DNA of 63,039 nucleotides, counting the filler, from Choristocarpus tenellus KU-1152 (taxonomy: Eukaryota > Protista > Phaeophyceae): NCBI GenBank assembly GCA_964200185.2. It is 14 parts of 14 records of this genome, joined end to end, with 100 filler letters (N's around TTAATTAATTAA, not from the genome) between each part and the next. Parts side by side here need not be neighbours in the genome. Positions count along the whole stretch, not along the records: positions 45,528 to 51,630 come from CAXNAD020008930.1; positions 51,731 to 55,095 come from CAXNAD020020510.1; positions 55,196 to 59,734 come from CAXNAD020014099.1; positions 59,835 to 63,039 come from CAXNAD020021563.1; 10 more parts are not named here. One strand, given 5' to 3'. The notes beneath the pieces are model-generated. The model was given only the letters and a program-made list of their open reading frames with translations, was not told the DNA's origin and did no database searches. This document shows positions 49,255 through 62,717 of this stretch, one piece after another. Each line of letters begins with the position of its first letter. The stretch's first letter is position 1. Made by a program: the position numbers and the translations under genes.

Positions 49255-51462
49255 GAAGGGAAGATGCTTCTACCTCGGGAGAATTTAATTGAGGTGGTCG
49301 GGGGTTGCCAGGAATGAGTGGTAATTGGACTGCACAAGCGAGTTATTGAGTTAGTGTGGTTGAGTTGTGTAAGGCCTGGAAATATCCCTCTATTGGAGGC
49401 TAGTCGTTAACTAATTCTCACATTGTCTTGGTTGGTTCGTTGATATCCATCTCTCTTGTTCCCAGAAATCTGGTCTCGTTCTGTATGCTGCCAAAGACCT
49501 ACAGCGCAATGTAAGGGAGTTTATGTGTCTATGCTAGAAGAGTGGGTTATGTATTTCTCATTTTTTCTTTTGCATTCACGGTCCATTTGCAGAGGGAATG
49601 GTCTTCAATCGCATTGGTGAATTGTGACTGCACACACGATGTGCATTTTGCGTGGATGTTTGATGTTTGTGGATCAATGTCTTCGGAGGGAACTGCTTCC
49701 CTAGGTTCGGATGGATGCTCAGATATGTAACAAACCCGACATTCATCCATCGGATCATGAATTCGTCAGAGGGGATGATTTTGAAGTGGTGGGATCGAGG
49801 GTGAGGGGTGCTGATGCCATTCAGCACTTATGAAACAAAACAAATCCGACGGAAGTACCACTTGGAAGGGGCCTTGCTGGATTTTTGTTATATTATACTC
49901 TTACCGTGTTGGTAAGGCTTTGGATCACGGCTGTAGTACCCAGAGGTTAACCTGCTACTCTATGTGGGACNNNNNNNNNNCACTTCGTTGAAATATAAGA
50001 AGAAATACTCGCTCTATTCGCCTGTAACAGTAGTACCCAGAGGTTAACCTGCTACTCTATGTGGGACCATGACTGCTGCAGTTGTAGAGTTGCAGCACGC
50101 AGCAAACTGCCTCATTGTTGTGTCCCCTCTTCACAGTTTTGTTGTTAGAACTAGGTATGATATATCGGAGTGCATAGTGAGACGGTAGTGTGTCGTGACA
50201 GGGCCCTGCAGAAGGTCTCAGGGCTTTGAGGACCCCCTGATAAAACAGCACATACATGAGATTGCAGTGGAGTCAATGGCCAGGGGCAGGTGGACAAGAG
50301 TCGTTTTGTTAGGGTGTCTGAGAAAGCAGTTTAACTATGTATTGTGTCATTCATGTTCATTTAGATTAGTGTTCTATGAGGCACATGGTGAGCGTTTTTT
50401 ATGCTTTTGTGGACGGTGTTTGCAATTTGATGAACTACAGATACGATGAGATGTGTATCCTTACAGGTGAACATCGAGGAACAAGGGTGTAAATGATATT
50501 ATTTAAAACATTTTTTTTTACAGGAGTGTGCTAAATTGCTCCAAAGATATATCTGAGAGCAATTGTACCAGAAAACTTGGTACAGACCCTACAAAAACAC
50601 CAGGTCCGCCATAGCAGTGATTTCGCACCTTAGTATTACCGTAACTTTATTTTGAGGTGGGGTGATATTCGTTGGCGGTAAACATTAAACATTTATTTGG
50701 AGATTGTGGTCAAGGGCGACATTTCAAATGAATATGTGATGGGCAGTAAGAGTGATAGATTCCCCATCCATGGTCCGTTTGCTGTACGAAGAATTAGGGT
50801 CAACTCATGTTTTAGAAGTTCTGGTACTGAAAAACATGGTATATAGGTTGAGATCCACCCGCAGAAAAGAGTATTATGACCATAGGGACCATCATCTGAC
50901 TTACACTTCGAGGGACGATGAGGGACTGTTCACTGTGAGGGCGGGGTAGACTGTATGGATATATTAGCTCCTGCGAACCTAGACTCTCCTGAAAAAATCC
51001 ACTCATCTCCGCGGGAACAGAAGGCATACATTACAAGGAGGATAACAGCTTCCATGAACAAAAATGAGATGCATGTATGATTGGGGCATGTACACAAGGG
51101 GTTGGTGAAAATCCATACTTCAGTCAATAAAATCTACTTTTGGGGATTTGGGGACCATTTTACTGAGGGTGTGCTAATGGCAAGGTCCATTGCCTTCCCA
51201 TAACAAACAACTGACACCCAAGGCACAAGAGAGGGGGAGCGTGTCTTCACCATGACTGACCCAAAAAACACGATCAGCAAGTGGGGTGACCACCGGTAAA
51301 TTTTGGTGGTAATTGATGATCTGCACAGAAGGATGGGAACAACATGTTTCATGAAGACCGAGGACTCATATCAAGTATTATTGGTCTTGGAAAGGTTCAT
51401 TGTTGATGTGGCTAAACCAACGGGCATTGACTGAAAAGTCTGCAAAGCGACAACAAGGAAGG

Positions 51463-51630
51463 GAGTGAAAGTATCTTAGAGGGTACGAATTTTTCCCTGT
51501 TTGTCCATTTGGGGCTTGGCTTCCCATGGTGTATTTTTATTACATTTTCCTACTCCAAAATGTTTTGGAATAGGAAAAATGTGTATGTTATGAAAAGGTG
51601 TGTCCGAAACAAGAAGATTGACACCTCCTA
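51463..51630 (+). mobile_element. MITE family A, cut by contig end
   Basis: Left TIR GAGTGAAAGTATCTTAGAGGGTA plus interior. Confidence 0.88.
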
Positions 51631-52595
51631 NNNNNNNNNNNNNNNNNNNNNNNNNNNNNNNNNNNNNNNNNNNNTTAATTAATTAANNNNNNNNNNNNNN
51701 NNNNNNNNNNNNNNNNNNNNNNNNNNNNNNGTGACTTTTGGAGGAGCAGAGGGGGAGGGGTGGTCGGGAGGGGGGGTAGACAGGTCAGTCCAGAGTTTCT
51801 TTGGAGGGGGTCTGTGAGACCCCTCCCGCCTTCACCCTACCGGGCTATTGATAGTCAAATATTCTAAACTGTTCAGCAGTAGATAGGAGGTATGGAAATA
51901 GAAGCCCTTGTCGTGAGTGTTCTACGAGACCCCTTTGCCCCGCCCGGTCAAACGAGTTAGGTTTGTAGAGATTTTTGTAATGCAGGCGATGCTGTGCTAA
52001 CGATAGATTTGATTAGGAGTGCCGTGTTTGTTTGCAATTGAACGGTGCTAACCTCCCCGTATGATGAGGAACTGGCTTTATTCCGAAACCCACTGGAGAA
52101 TTGCAAACTCATCTTTTGCTCATTTACTTTTTAATTCTTGTTGGATGTTGTCATCTGATTTCTTCCCCTATCCCCTGCCCCCCCACCCCCCCCACCCCCC
52201 CCCTCTTTTTTTCCTGTCATAGAAAATGTAATGCTCAACGCTAATGTGGCCCGAGTACATTCAACAATATTGAGCCTATGACGTCAATGATCTGTGTCAG
52301 CGTTAGTGCCATTTTGGTCTGTAGGGTCTATTACCCGTGTGTACAATGCCCCAAGTCGCATTTACTGCTTGATGTCCATTGGTCAGAATAGCGTTTGCTT
52401 TTGGTTTGCTGATTGAGCTTTTTATATCGATCTTGCTGCCTATGGAAGGTTGAAGTAGGACTTACATCACCTTTTACTTCTTGTGTGTGTGTGTGTCTTT
52501 TTGTGTATGTGTGTATGTGTGTATGTTTTTTTTCTATCTAATGAACCCACACATCTTTGTCCCTGTGTGTATGTATTGTTAATGCATTCTTAAAG

Positions 52596-52692
52596 CTTCA
52601 AACGTTCTGATGCTAAGGAGCTGAGAAGGGGTGTTCCAGTAAAAGTTAGATTCCGCCTCATGCCCACGTCGTTCAAGTTTCTCAAGGGGCAG
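52596..52692 (+). CDS. CocE/NonD (peptidase S15/PepX_C)-like hydrolase, exon
   Basis: FKRSDAKELRRGVPVKVRFRLMPTSFKFLKGQ|gtgag. Confidence 0.7.
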
Positions 52693-53976
52693 GTGAGAGG
52701 GTGAGAGAGAGATTGGGATGGGATGAGGGTCAAGGTACGTGGTTTTGCATTATTTAGAGGGATGAGGAGGCGTGAACGAGTACGTGTTACATGTGGGTGG
52801 GAGAAGGAGGCAGTCTTTTGCATGGGGTATGGGTATCGTGACCTCTTGTTGATGGCGTGAGGATGTATTTGCATCATGCCTGCCTGATTGGTTTTTTTTT
52901 ACAACTATACTGTGCATTGTTATTGTTGTTCGTCTGTTGTTCAATATGGGTGATGTACGTTTCTGTTGTGGGGGTGTTCATAGCAGGACGTGGGATGCGA
53001 TTTAGGGGAGAGGGGTGTGAAGACTTGAATGAGGAGTGTTGATACCCTCTTCAACAGAGTAGGGAAGGATTTCATTCATTATTTGAAGGTGTATTATCCG
53101 CTGTGTGTGTGTGCGTGTGTGTGTGTGTCTGCCAGATAGTAATAGGTGCGTTGTTAATGAACCAACATACCTTACTATTTGATTATCCCTAGCCCTTGAA
53201 CGGTAAGTTGATCTGGTCGCTTTTTTAGTGACAATGGTGGTGATGTTACACATGTTGACACATTTTCAGAGTATTGTTACAGTTTTCAAGGGGTGTGTAC
53301 TGTCTTTGGTTACCAAGTGAGTGGTGTCATGTAATGTACTATATTAGCAGGTAGGAAGTGGGGACCAAGTGTGTGTGTCAAGTGTTTTTTGATATGTGTG
53401 CGTTTGGAATAGTGTGTGGTGATGGATACATGCAATCAGCTACAACAGGTGTTAGTGAGAAAGAACTTGGCTACAGTACAGCTTGTTGTAGTAATGCTAT
53501 GTGTAGTAAACTCATTTCCTTGAATATTCGATGAGAAAGTGCAATCTTAGCTAAGATTATACTTGTCGAGAATGTGCCTCTTTTTGGAGGTAGAAGGGGT
53601 GGGACCATTGTTGTGGTATGCCACCTGAGGAAAAGAACTTGGATTGTGGGTCTATGGTATGACAACCTTGCAACGAACTACAGAGGGTGATTTTGATGTG
53701 ACCTGACAGGGTCTGTTGATGGTAAAACATCATGTTACCCACCAGCTCCGACTCTTTACACCAGAGGAATCACAATATGCCCTGTGCTAGTCACCAAGCC
53801 CGTTCTGACTAAAGGAGTCCTATTCAATGTTCAATACTCCCCCAATGCAATGCATCACCTTTCCCTTCTGTAACACACACGATACTGTAGCCCCACACAC
53901 TCCCCCCTGCCCTGCCCTGCCCTGCCCTGCCCTGCCTCCAATCCCATCCAACTCACCTGCCTGTGTTGTACTGTAG

Positions 53977-54439
53977 CGCATACGAATATCCATCGGAGGA
54001 GCAGACGCACGTCACTTCTGTCCCATAGACCTCTCCTACAACGGCCCACCCAGTACGTCACCTACAGCTGGGTTTGCGAAATCAGGGGGAGGCAGTATGC
54101 GAAGTGGGAGAATCACCCGCAGGGTACTAAGGGTCCACACAGGAGGTATTCACGCTTCTCAAATCAGTCTCCCTGCCCCCAGGCACGAAGGATCTGTACA
54201 GTCCCCCCCGATTTTGGGCACAGGGTTAGGGTTAGGGATGGGGCTGGGGCTGGGGCGGAGGCGAGCATCAATACCTCTGACTTTGTCTTCAAGTCCATCG
54301 GCTAAAGCGTTGACAGCAATGCCGCCAGTGTGGGAAGGGGGTTGTGAAGGCATGCCTTTACCTGAGTCAAGCTTGGATGCTGGAGAACAAGACCAGGGAA
54401 TGAGGGGAGAGGCGAACTTTTCGCCTGTGGGGGTTGATG
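53977..54439 (+). CDS. CocE/NonD-like hydrolase, C-terminal domain exon (3' end uncertain)
   Basis: tag|RIRISIGGADARHF...VHTGGIHASQISLP; continues the PTSxxFxxGxRIRxxIxGAD motif. Confidence 0.7.
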
Positions 54440-56472
54440 GTAAGAGGTGGAAGGTGGGATCGAGGGGAGATGGTGTGTGTGTGTGTGTGTGTGTGTGTTT
54501 GCAAACCATCATGGTAGAGAAGTCTTTGCTCTGTTGAGGATTGTAGACAGTGAGCTATTTTGTTGTTTTTTTGCATGAGACTCTTGTCCCTGTGTCTTAT
54601 GTGGTCGGAGGACCATTAAAGAGAATGAGGCAGATCGAATATTAGGAGCACGAAAATGTATTGGATGAGACAAGAACAAACAACCATCTTTTTTGAAGCA
54701 TGCTACAATAATGGGTTACACTTACGAGAACTCTGTTGGAGGCACTTGTGTCCTGTTGAATTTATAGTATGCACATGTCCCACCACTATTCACAGTTGTT
54801 TAAAAGGCCACGTATGCATGTGTTTCCGCGATGAAAGGGTCTTTCTTGACATGTGGGGATGAGAAGAGGGAGATGAATAGAAGCATTGTACCGCACCATG
54901 TACTACTCGAACACGTTGCAAATTATCTTCCCCCCTTCCCCCAGCTTCTTCCCACTCCTCCAAATTTAGCCCTTCACCAACCCGTGAGTTTCCTCAACAT
55001 CACTCCACTGGTCCCCCCCCCCCCCCCCCCCCCCCAAAAACACCCCCATTTTCTCAAGCGCCGCCCCCCCCCCCCCCCGGAAAGAGAAAAAAAAANNNNN
55101 NNNNNNNNNNNNNNNNNNNNNNNNNNNNNNNNNNNNNNNTTAATTAATTAANNNNNNNNNNNNNNNNNNNNNNNNNNNNNNNNNNNNNNNNNNNNCCCTC
55201 CCCCACCGGGGAAACCCCGCCCCCCTCCCCCCCCCCCCCCTTCCCCACCGTCAACATGTCTCACCACTACCAACGCCTCACTACCCTCTTCCTTCAGCAC
55301 CAAGAACATCTCAGGGGTGAGAGTGATCAACCCCCCATCTGTCGTAATGTAATTAATATTGGTATTGGTGGCACTAGTGCCATTGTCGTCACTTCCACTC
55401 TTTCCTCTATTGGTATTGATATCTTATGAACCACCAAAGGAGGCAGTGTAGGGTTTCCTAGAGAGACAACAGGCGTTTGTGGGGTCAATTCCAGCACCTT
55501 CTAGAATGAAGAATATAGCCTAGGGTAGAGCATAACAGGAAGGGCTTTTATATTATATGGAAAGGTGGAATGCTATGAGGTTGTAGAATGGAAGGGAGTG
55601 GTGACAGGAAGGTTTTTGTTTAATATGGGAGGCAGAATTATACGGGGTTGGAAAAGCTGTGGCAGGTGTGTGCTACGCCTAGGTATAATATATAATAAAT
55701 TGTGCGTTTCTTATATTTTAAGATATCATACACACATTATAATATTATTGTATCAAAGTTGTTGGTACAATACTTAAGTATGGTTGTGTACAATAAAAAA
55801 TGAAAATGAGAAAACATTGTCACGCACCAAGAGTTCAAGGTGGTGCTGATTAGGGGAAGTATATCAAAAGTATCTCATTTATAACCTTACTGACATAATA
55901 ACTTGGAGTTGGAGCAATAACCTGAAATTGTCAACCCCATCCCTATCCCTCTTTTTTTTAAACCAGTCGAATACAAAAGTGATGGTGTAAGATGTTGCAT
56001 ATGATAGATGAATACAACTCACATCATACCCTATAAATTATAACATTAGTAGTATACTAGTACTGAAATAATGTATGATCATACTTGCCGTGTTGGTAAG
56101 CCTGTATTTCGCATACCCCCTTGCACTATCAACAGCTGTTGACACTCGCCGTTCACCACCAACATGCCCGTTAACCACAACCCACGTATACCTCCAAGGC
56201 TAACTTGCATTATTTCCGGCACCCTCATGGCAAGGAGATAGAGGAAGTAAGCAAGTCTCCCCCAAGCTGCCATAGGTGATCCCTATTTTGCTGCGGTCAA
56301 GAGCTTCCCCCCTATTACTTTACAGCTCAACACCATTGCCAGAAAATTCTCCCATCATACGCTGTGATGAGATGCCACACACCATAGTTTCGTGTAGACA
56401 GGCACCCGCAGCACAATTTGATCCCGACACGTGCTCCAGACCATCCAGCTATAACTAGAGGTACTCGGTGTT

Positions 56473-56729
56473 GACTAAAAGTATCTTAGAGGGCAAGGGT
56501 TTTTCCCTGTTTGTCCATTTGGGGCTTGGCTTCCCAAGGTTTTTTTAATGACATTTTCCTAATCCAAAATGATTCGGAGCAGATAAAATATGTACGTTAT
56601 GAAAAGGTGTGCCCGTAACAAGGATATTGGCACTTCCTAATAAACACGATAGCCAAAATACATCAAAATCCCAACGTTGAATTTTGGCCCCAAATGGACA
56701 CGGCCCTACCCTCTAAGATACTTTGACTC
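56473..56729 (+). mobile_element. MITE family A, complete
   Basis: Both TIRs present; TSD TGTT. Confidence 0.92.
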
Positions 56730-59079
56730 TGTTGTGACTAGTGAGTTCTTTTTGCACATAAAGTGAAACACATTCCATAAAACCGCTTGCATCGTACTGG
56801 GGCATATCATTACCTGAGATGGCTTCCCCACCATTGTGCGAAGGCATTGTAGAGATCATGGGGAAGATCGTATCTGCATCTATCCTACCATTGCCAGATT
56901 TTAGTGCCTACTTACATATCTTTTTAGGGGTTAAGACATCCTTCGTAACAAATACAACCAGCTGGTCAGGACCGGGCGCATGGGTTCAACATGTTCGAAT
57001 CCAATGTTCCATCTCAAGTACAGTACTCTGTAAGGATTCATAGAGATACATCTACTACCAAATAAAAGTATAACCAAATATGCAACAAGCGTTAGCAAAA
57101 CAAAAATATATAAAAAATTCTATTCCAGTTCCACACCACAAAACCATACCTGAGGTGTATAGGCAATGAATGTCACATCCACTTCCTCCAAACACAAAAG
57201 AGATGGGAACTACTTCGTGTTGTGATAATCTTTGCATGCACCGCATGCTGGTATACATGGAAGTCTAGACAACCTATTGTTTGTTCAATTACAGCTGTGA
57301 AGATTGGTGTGCTTGCTTGATCTCCACCCATTCATGATGTCCTCTCCTCAACTACCAGCAAGTCCCTGTGCAACCTCATACCCACCTATAGATTTATGTC
57401 AGTCTGGGGATGCTACTACTAAGCTTTCACAAATCATACAAATGGAGATTATTGTGTGTATTATTCAAGTTTTATAGAAAAAAGTGCTGATACATTGTTT
57501 TAGTGTACAATGGACAGACGCAATCCCCTACAGAATATTCCCTTGTTCCCAAAACTCCTGATGAAAAAATGGTCTCTTCCCTGATAGATTTTACCCAGAT
57601 GGTACTGTTACACCAAATGATCTTCTACCTCTCAGACCAGGACACTCCACCTTGTCCACACCCTCTCGGTCTCATCAGTGCCATCAGCTTTTTGTCCATT
57701 CTCGTTTTTCCTAGGGGAACGTACATCCTGCTACCACCACTATGAGGTAGGATCTTGCTTCTAGGTAGGTCCGCATTTCAGTACAGCACACCATCAACCT
57801 TCTCGATCCCTCTTGTTTCCGTATATGTCCCTCTTCCTCCTCTTCATCTCATCGAAATGGACCACGTGTGAGGATTGGAGGGGAAACTGAAGGTGCCTCA
57901 TTGAAATTGACGGACCAAGACTATTAATCAGTGCATCTAGTATTTTGAACGTTCCTGAAAGAGCGGTAAGAGATACGATACACTAAAATATGTATACATT
58001 ATTCCATCATTGACTATATTTCAACTCAGTTCCGTGCATTTGAGATGCAATCTCCTATGTAAAAAGATATAGCTATGATCTGAACCGTAATATCCTAGAG
58101 ATGGAGAGGGGTGTCCATCGGGGGCCTGTACGACCCTGTAGTGATTTCCATGTCAATTGAGTGAACGTGTCAGATGTAAGGCCACTTTCCTTCGTCTCAA
58201 CACGCCTTCCTCTTGCATCCCCTCACCTAAAACAAATCAAAAGGAAAATTCCATCCAAAACAGGCACCAAACAAACTGGGGGATTCTACTGCACTTCATC
58301 AAGCCCCCAATGGACAACCTGGGCTATATATCCTCCCCTCTAGAATACCATGGCCCATCTGTACTTCTCATGTGACTGGTGTCATGCTCCAAAATATATA
58401 TTATCTGCTCCACATTGAATAATTTTCCAGCAGTTTGTAGTCCCTGTCATTAGTGAGCATGAACAAAAACATGCCACCAAAAACAAGAGTGCTGCTACAC
58501 AGCCAACCATGTGCTCCTAGTGATTTCCCAAATCATAAAATGCTCTGAAACCTTCACAGCGGTGCATGGAATCCCCCAAGCTTGACACATAGCATCTGCT
58601 GTTCTCAGTCCGCTGCAAGTCATCCACCAAAGAAGTGTTATCCCCACATAACCAATTGGAGCCCTTAGTATCAAAGAAGAGGAAGCTGTGAAGATGACAG
58701 AACAATGTGCAAGACTTACGACTGAGCCCCAACCTGATGGAAGAGGATGCACGTTTCAAGCATGAGAGGAAAGGACAATGTATCATTTTGACTAATGGTA
58801 GCAATCACGTATATTTGCAGCAAATTCATTGAATGCTGAACTAAAGAGTACAAGAAGGAAGGAACTCCAGCACCACCACATCAAGATGAAGCCGGAGAGA
58901 CGGTCACTTCTGAAGGGATGCTCAGTCTATCGTCTCATTGATAACGTTTGAGGTCGGAAATGATACTACTTGAACATAAGTTTCATCCGTTCCTCCACAC
59001 CACCAGCACCTGAACAGAAGAGTGGCATTGGTGTCATTTCATATCAGTCTCGGTCCAGACTTGCCTCTCGCTGTACTGA

Positions 59080-59117
59080 GACCCAAAGTATCTGGGGGGA
59101 GGGGGTGAGGGTGGGGG
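59080..59117 (+). mobile_element. MITE family B, solo left end
   Basis: GACCCAAAGTATCTGGGGGGA followed by a G-rich tract. Confidence 0.6.
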
Positions 59118-59834
59118 GTTCTGTAGTACCTTGTGGGCGTGTTTTCAATTATACACCGCATTCTGGTGTATAATTGGTGTAGGGCGGAGTGGTCTGGCCT
59201 CCTTCGCATGTTTGTTGTATGGTGTGAATGTTATTATGTTAATGCTTGTGATGTTTGTTGCATGGTGTGAATGTTATTATGTTAATGCTTCTGATTCCAA
59301 GTGGAGTCGGTCTGAATGTTTGTTGTATGATGTGGGACTGGGCTGTAGCCTGGTACTTGAGTGTTGACGGTTTTTGACGTTTGTTGACAAGGCGTCTGGT
59401 GTGTGTGTGTGTGTGTGCTGACTTTGTGTATGTTCTTGGTTTTGTAACACATCTTTTGACGTTTGCTGTTCTGCATGCATTGTGGTTCTGAAGTTCAATG
59501 CTGCTATGCAGTGTGTCTTTAATATTGTGCTGAGTATATGTATACAGGGTTAGCGTTTAGAAAATAACAGTAAGCTCAAGGATTTGTTTTGCAAAGGAGT
59601 GTTTTCACTCAGCATGTGCACAAATTCTTACGGAGTTTTTAGTTTTCGTATGTTTTTTTTTTTGTGAATCATTCACACTCTAAACAAACAGCTGGCAATC
59701 TCCTCCTGTCACCCCCCCCCCCCCCCCCCCCCCCNNNNNNNNNNNNNNNNNNNNNNNNNNNNNNNNNNNNNNNNNNNNTTAATTAATTAANNNNNNNNNN
59801 NNNNNNNNNNNNNNNNNNNNNNNNNNNNNNNNNN

Positions 59835-61305
59835 CCCCCCTGCCACCCGGTGACCTACGGGTTACACCCAGTACGGCGACTCCTCCACCAGGCTGCATTG
59901 AGTCCAGCATTGACAAAAAGGCCCCGGCAGCCTGTGCTCCCTCACTCCGTATACCACCCATCCCCCTGCCTCCCTCACCCTCGTCGTCAAGGGCATCAAG
60001 TAAAACGTCCAGCTCATCCACCATGATAACAGAGGGTGCATGAGAGTTTGCTTCTGCAAGCGCATTCGAGAGTCGATCCCCAAGCATCCCATTTCCCTCG
60101 CTGCCACTAAGGCTGAAGCCAGACAGGATCTCTGGAGCAAGGAGACGCACATTATGAACCCCATGCTTGTCTTGGAGATCTTCAGAGAGTATATCAAGAG
60201 CTAGGGTCTTACCCACACCCGAGGGTCCGCATATGGCTATCCCTTGTGGCAGCACCTCAGCAACCTTCAGTCCTTTCCCAGGCGGTATCAATGGTGGTAG
60301 CTGTAGCGAAGGTAATTTTATGCCAGGATCGTCATGGAATTTCTCTGATGACAAGGGAGGTACCGACAGGAAAGAGTGCTTTATGGAAGAGGTCGGGGAC
60401 TCGACGTTCGCTCCTGTTGTCTCTGCAGCAAGGCCCCCGAGCGCAAGAAGCAGAAGCTCGTGCAAATCTGTCAAAGGTTCCTCGAGACCTACTGCCCGCT
60501 TCTTCCAAACACTTTCCTTGCTCCCACAACGTGGATCAAGGTTGGGTTGGTGCCACGGCTGCCCCATTGCTACCTTTTCGGAAGGTGTGCCCAGGTGTGG
60601 CCCCGAGTGTGGTCTCACCTCCAAAAGTCCATCGTCTGAGGACATGCCTTTCAGAACGATCACCTCCGTGTTCCTGGTAAACAATAAGGGAGAAGACGAC
60701 TTTGAGTATTTTCCATAATGTTCGTTGATACTAGAGTCGTCGGAGGTCACACTTTCCACTTTGAACACTCTGACCTCTCCTAGCACCTCTACAGCTTGCC
60801 ACGACCCAGGAAAAACCAAGGATCCCACCGCCCTCCTAGCCAATGCAGAAGCCAGGTCCAGATTTTGAGGGATCCCACCCCAAATTTTGTCTCGTGGCAT
60901 ATTATGTTCGAGATGAGAGGAACCCAATGCCGTGAGGCGCATCTCGACACTGGCAAGAGGTCGAAGGCAGTCCATGTCGTTCAAGTAACAGGGAAGGGCA
61001 GTGATAACAATGTAACCTTCCGGTCTGAGTTCAAGAGTTCGCATCACCCATTCTGGCACGTGTGTATTGCCCTGTCCCACAGAGTCCTCCGGGATGGGTC
61101 GGAGGAAAACTAAAGCATCCCTGCAGGATCCTTCGTCTGATGAGACAAGACCTTCAAGTTTGACATGACTAAAAGGTGGGATCCCCAACTTAGCCAGATC
61201 TAGAGGATGGAGAAGCAGCTCGTGGGGTCCAAGCGGCCAGTCTCCTCCAAGACAGCACGATGAACCAGGTGCTGCTGGATAAGCGCACACATGCAGTTCG
61301 GACAT
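59835..61305 (-). CDS. AAA+ ATPase, CDC48/AFG2(SPATA5)-like, 5' part
   Basis: About 490-codon open frame; Walker A GPSGVGKT, Walker B VIMVDE, VAVLGVT; N-terminal region resembles a CDC48 N-domain. Confidence 0.82.
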
Positions 61306-62331
61306 CTGGGTGAGATTGGGGTCACACTAGATTGTGGAGGTGGACTTCTCATCAGGTTTTGATTTTTGGACACGATACAAGCACATGCACCTCCGGGGGA
61401 GGAGAAAAGGGAAAGGGAGGGTCTCACAATTACATTGAGGAGAGGCATTCACAGACACACAAGACAAAAACCAAGAAGGGAGAAAGGAGATGCTCACTCG
61501 GCGAAAAAAATAGTCTAGTAATAGATAGAACGGTGAACTTCCAGAGAACGAGATGGCATTGGGCATTGGGCATTGGATTGATCCATAATACAGTAGTTCT
61601 GCTGTAGTGGTTGATACTTCAGGGGAGGAGCGACTCTGAAATGCGTTGTGGATACTGGGAAACTTGGAGATGGAAAGCGGAAGCTGGGTACAAAAGAGGA
61701 GAACTAATAGAGGTGCTGGCAAGATAACCTTAAGAATATTGACATTACAATTGAGGGATGGAGCACAACAAGGAGGGCAACAAACCAACATAGATGTTCC
61801 ATGACAGGGTATTTTGTGTTGGTGACCTTTGATTTATGTACGTACGACCCCTTCATGTATGTATGTATGCATGCATGCATTATATATGTATTGTGTATGT
61901 ATTACGTATTATTTATGTATCATGTATTGTGTGAGGTTGGCAGAACAACAACGAGGTTCATGGACGTGTAGCATGCCAGAGAAGCTGTGTGTGATGGCTG
62001 ACGTACACTATTATGGGGAAGGAGTACCAAACAAAGTATATCAGAGGACGTCACACTCATCGTCGTGTAATGATGTTACTTTCTGGGCACATCTCTAACT
62101 TTCCTTTGTATAGACCCCTCTTCTTACTATATTGTCCTATATTTGTTCATTACTGTTCATCCTTGTACTTGCCTTTCTTTGTGTGATAAATTTTAAATAA
62201 TTATGAATGATTTTTGGATAGATAGGAACGTAGATCTCTTGGATTAGAGTGAATCATTGAAACTCGAAAGCGATATTTCCTAGATGGATTTTTTTGTCGT
62301 TCTGCTCTGTGAGAGGGAACAAAATTGGAAC

Positions 62332-62410
62332 ATTCTTGTGGATAGTATACTATGACTATGGTATTGGTGATATTCTTGTGGATGGTATACTATGACTATG
62401 GTATTGGTGA
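62332..62410. repeat. 40-bp tandem duplication
   Basis: ATTCTTGTGGATRGTATACTATGACTATGGTATTGGTGA occurs twice. Confidence 0.88.
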
Positions 62411-62717
62411 GAACAAATCTAGCAGTTGTGCATATTCTGTTGTGATTTTTAAGTCACTCAAGAACACTATGTCATTCATTGTCCTATTATACCTTCCCTA
62501 CAGTTTGTTGTCGAGGTGATTGGTGCGTCAGGAGGGATTTTGTGCCGAGATGGGGGAGGAAGATCAGATTGGAACTGAATTAGATGGGCATGATTCTTGA
62601 TTCAAGTTCCGTTCGAACAAAAAATTGATCCAGTGGATGTTCTTCTAGATGGGGAAACAGACAACAAAACATTAAGATTCTATTCCCTAGAAAGTAGACA
62701 GTCACCTCTAGGATCAG

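Noticed and set aside
49933-50067. 38-bp repeat flanking a 10-N gap
   Set aside because: Probably a scaffolding overlap artefact
56080-56460. Possible DIRS tyrosine recombinase relic
   Set aside because: Catalytic residues (HxxR...Y) not recoverable; too degenerate
58860-59035. Possible copia integrase relic (TPPAPEQKSG)
   Set aside because: Only a loose resemblance to TPQQNG, with no supporting motifs
4490-59834. Recurring TTAATTAATTAA palindrome within N runs
   Set aside because: Artificial contig-concatenation linker; it also invalidates any gene-cluster reading across contigs
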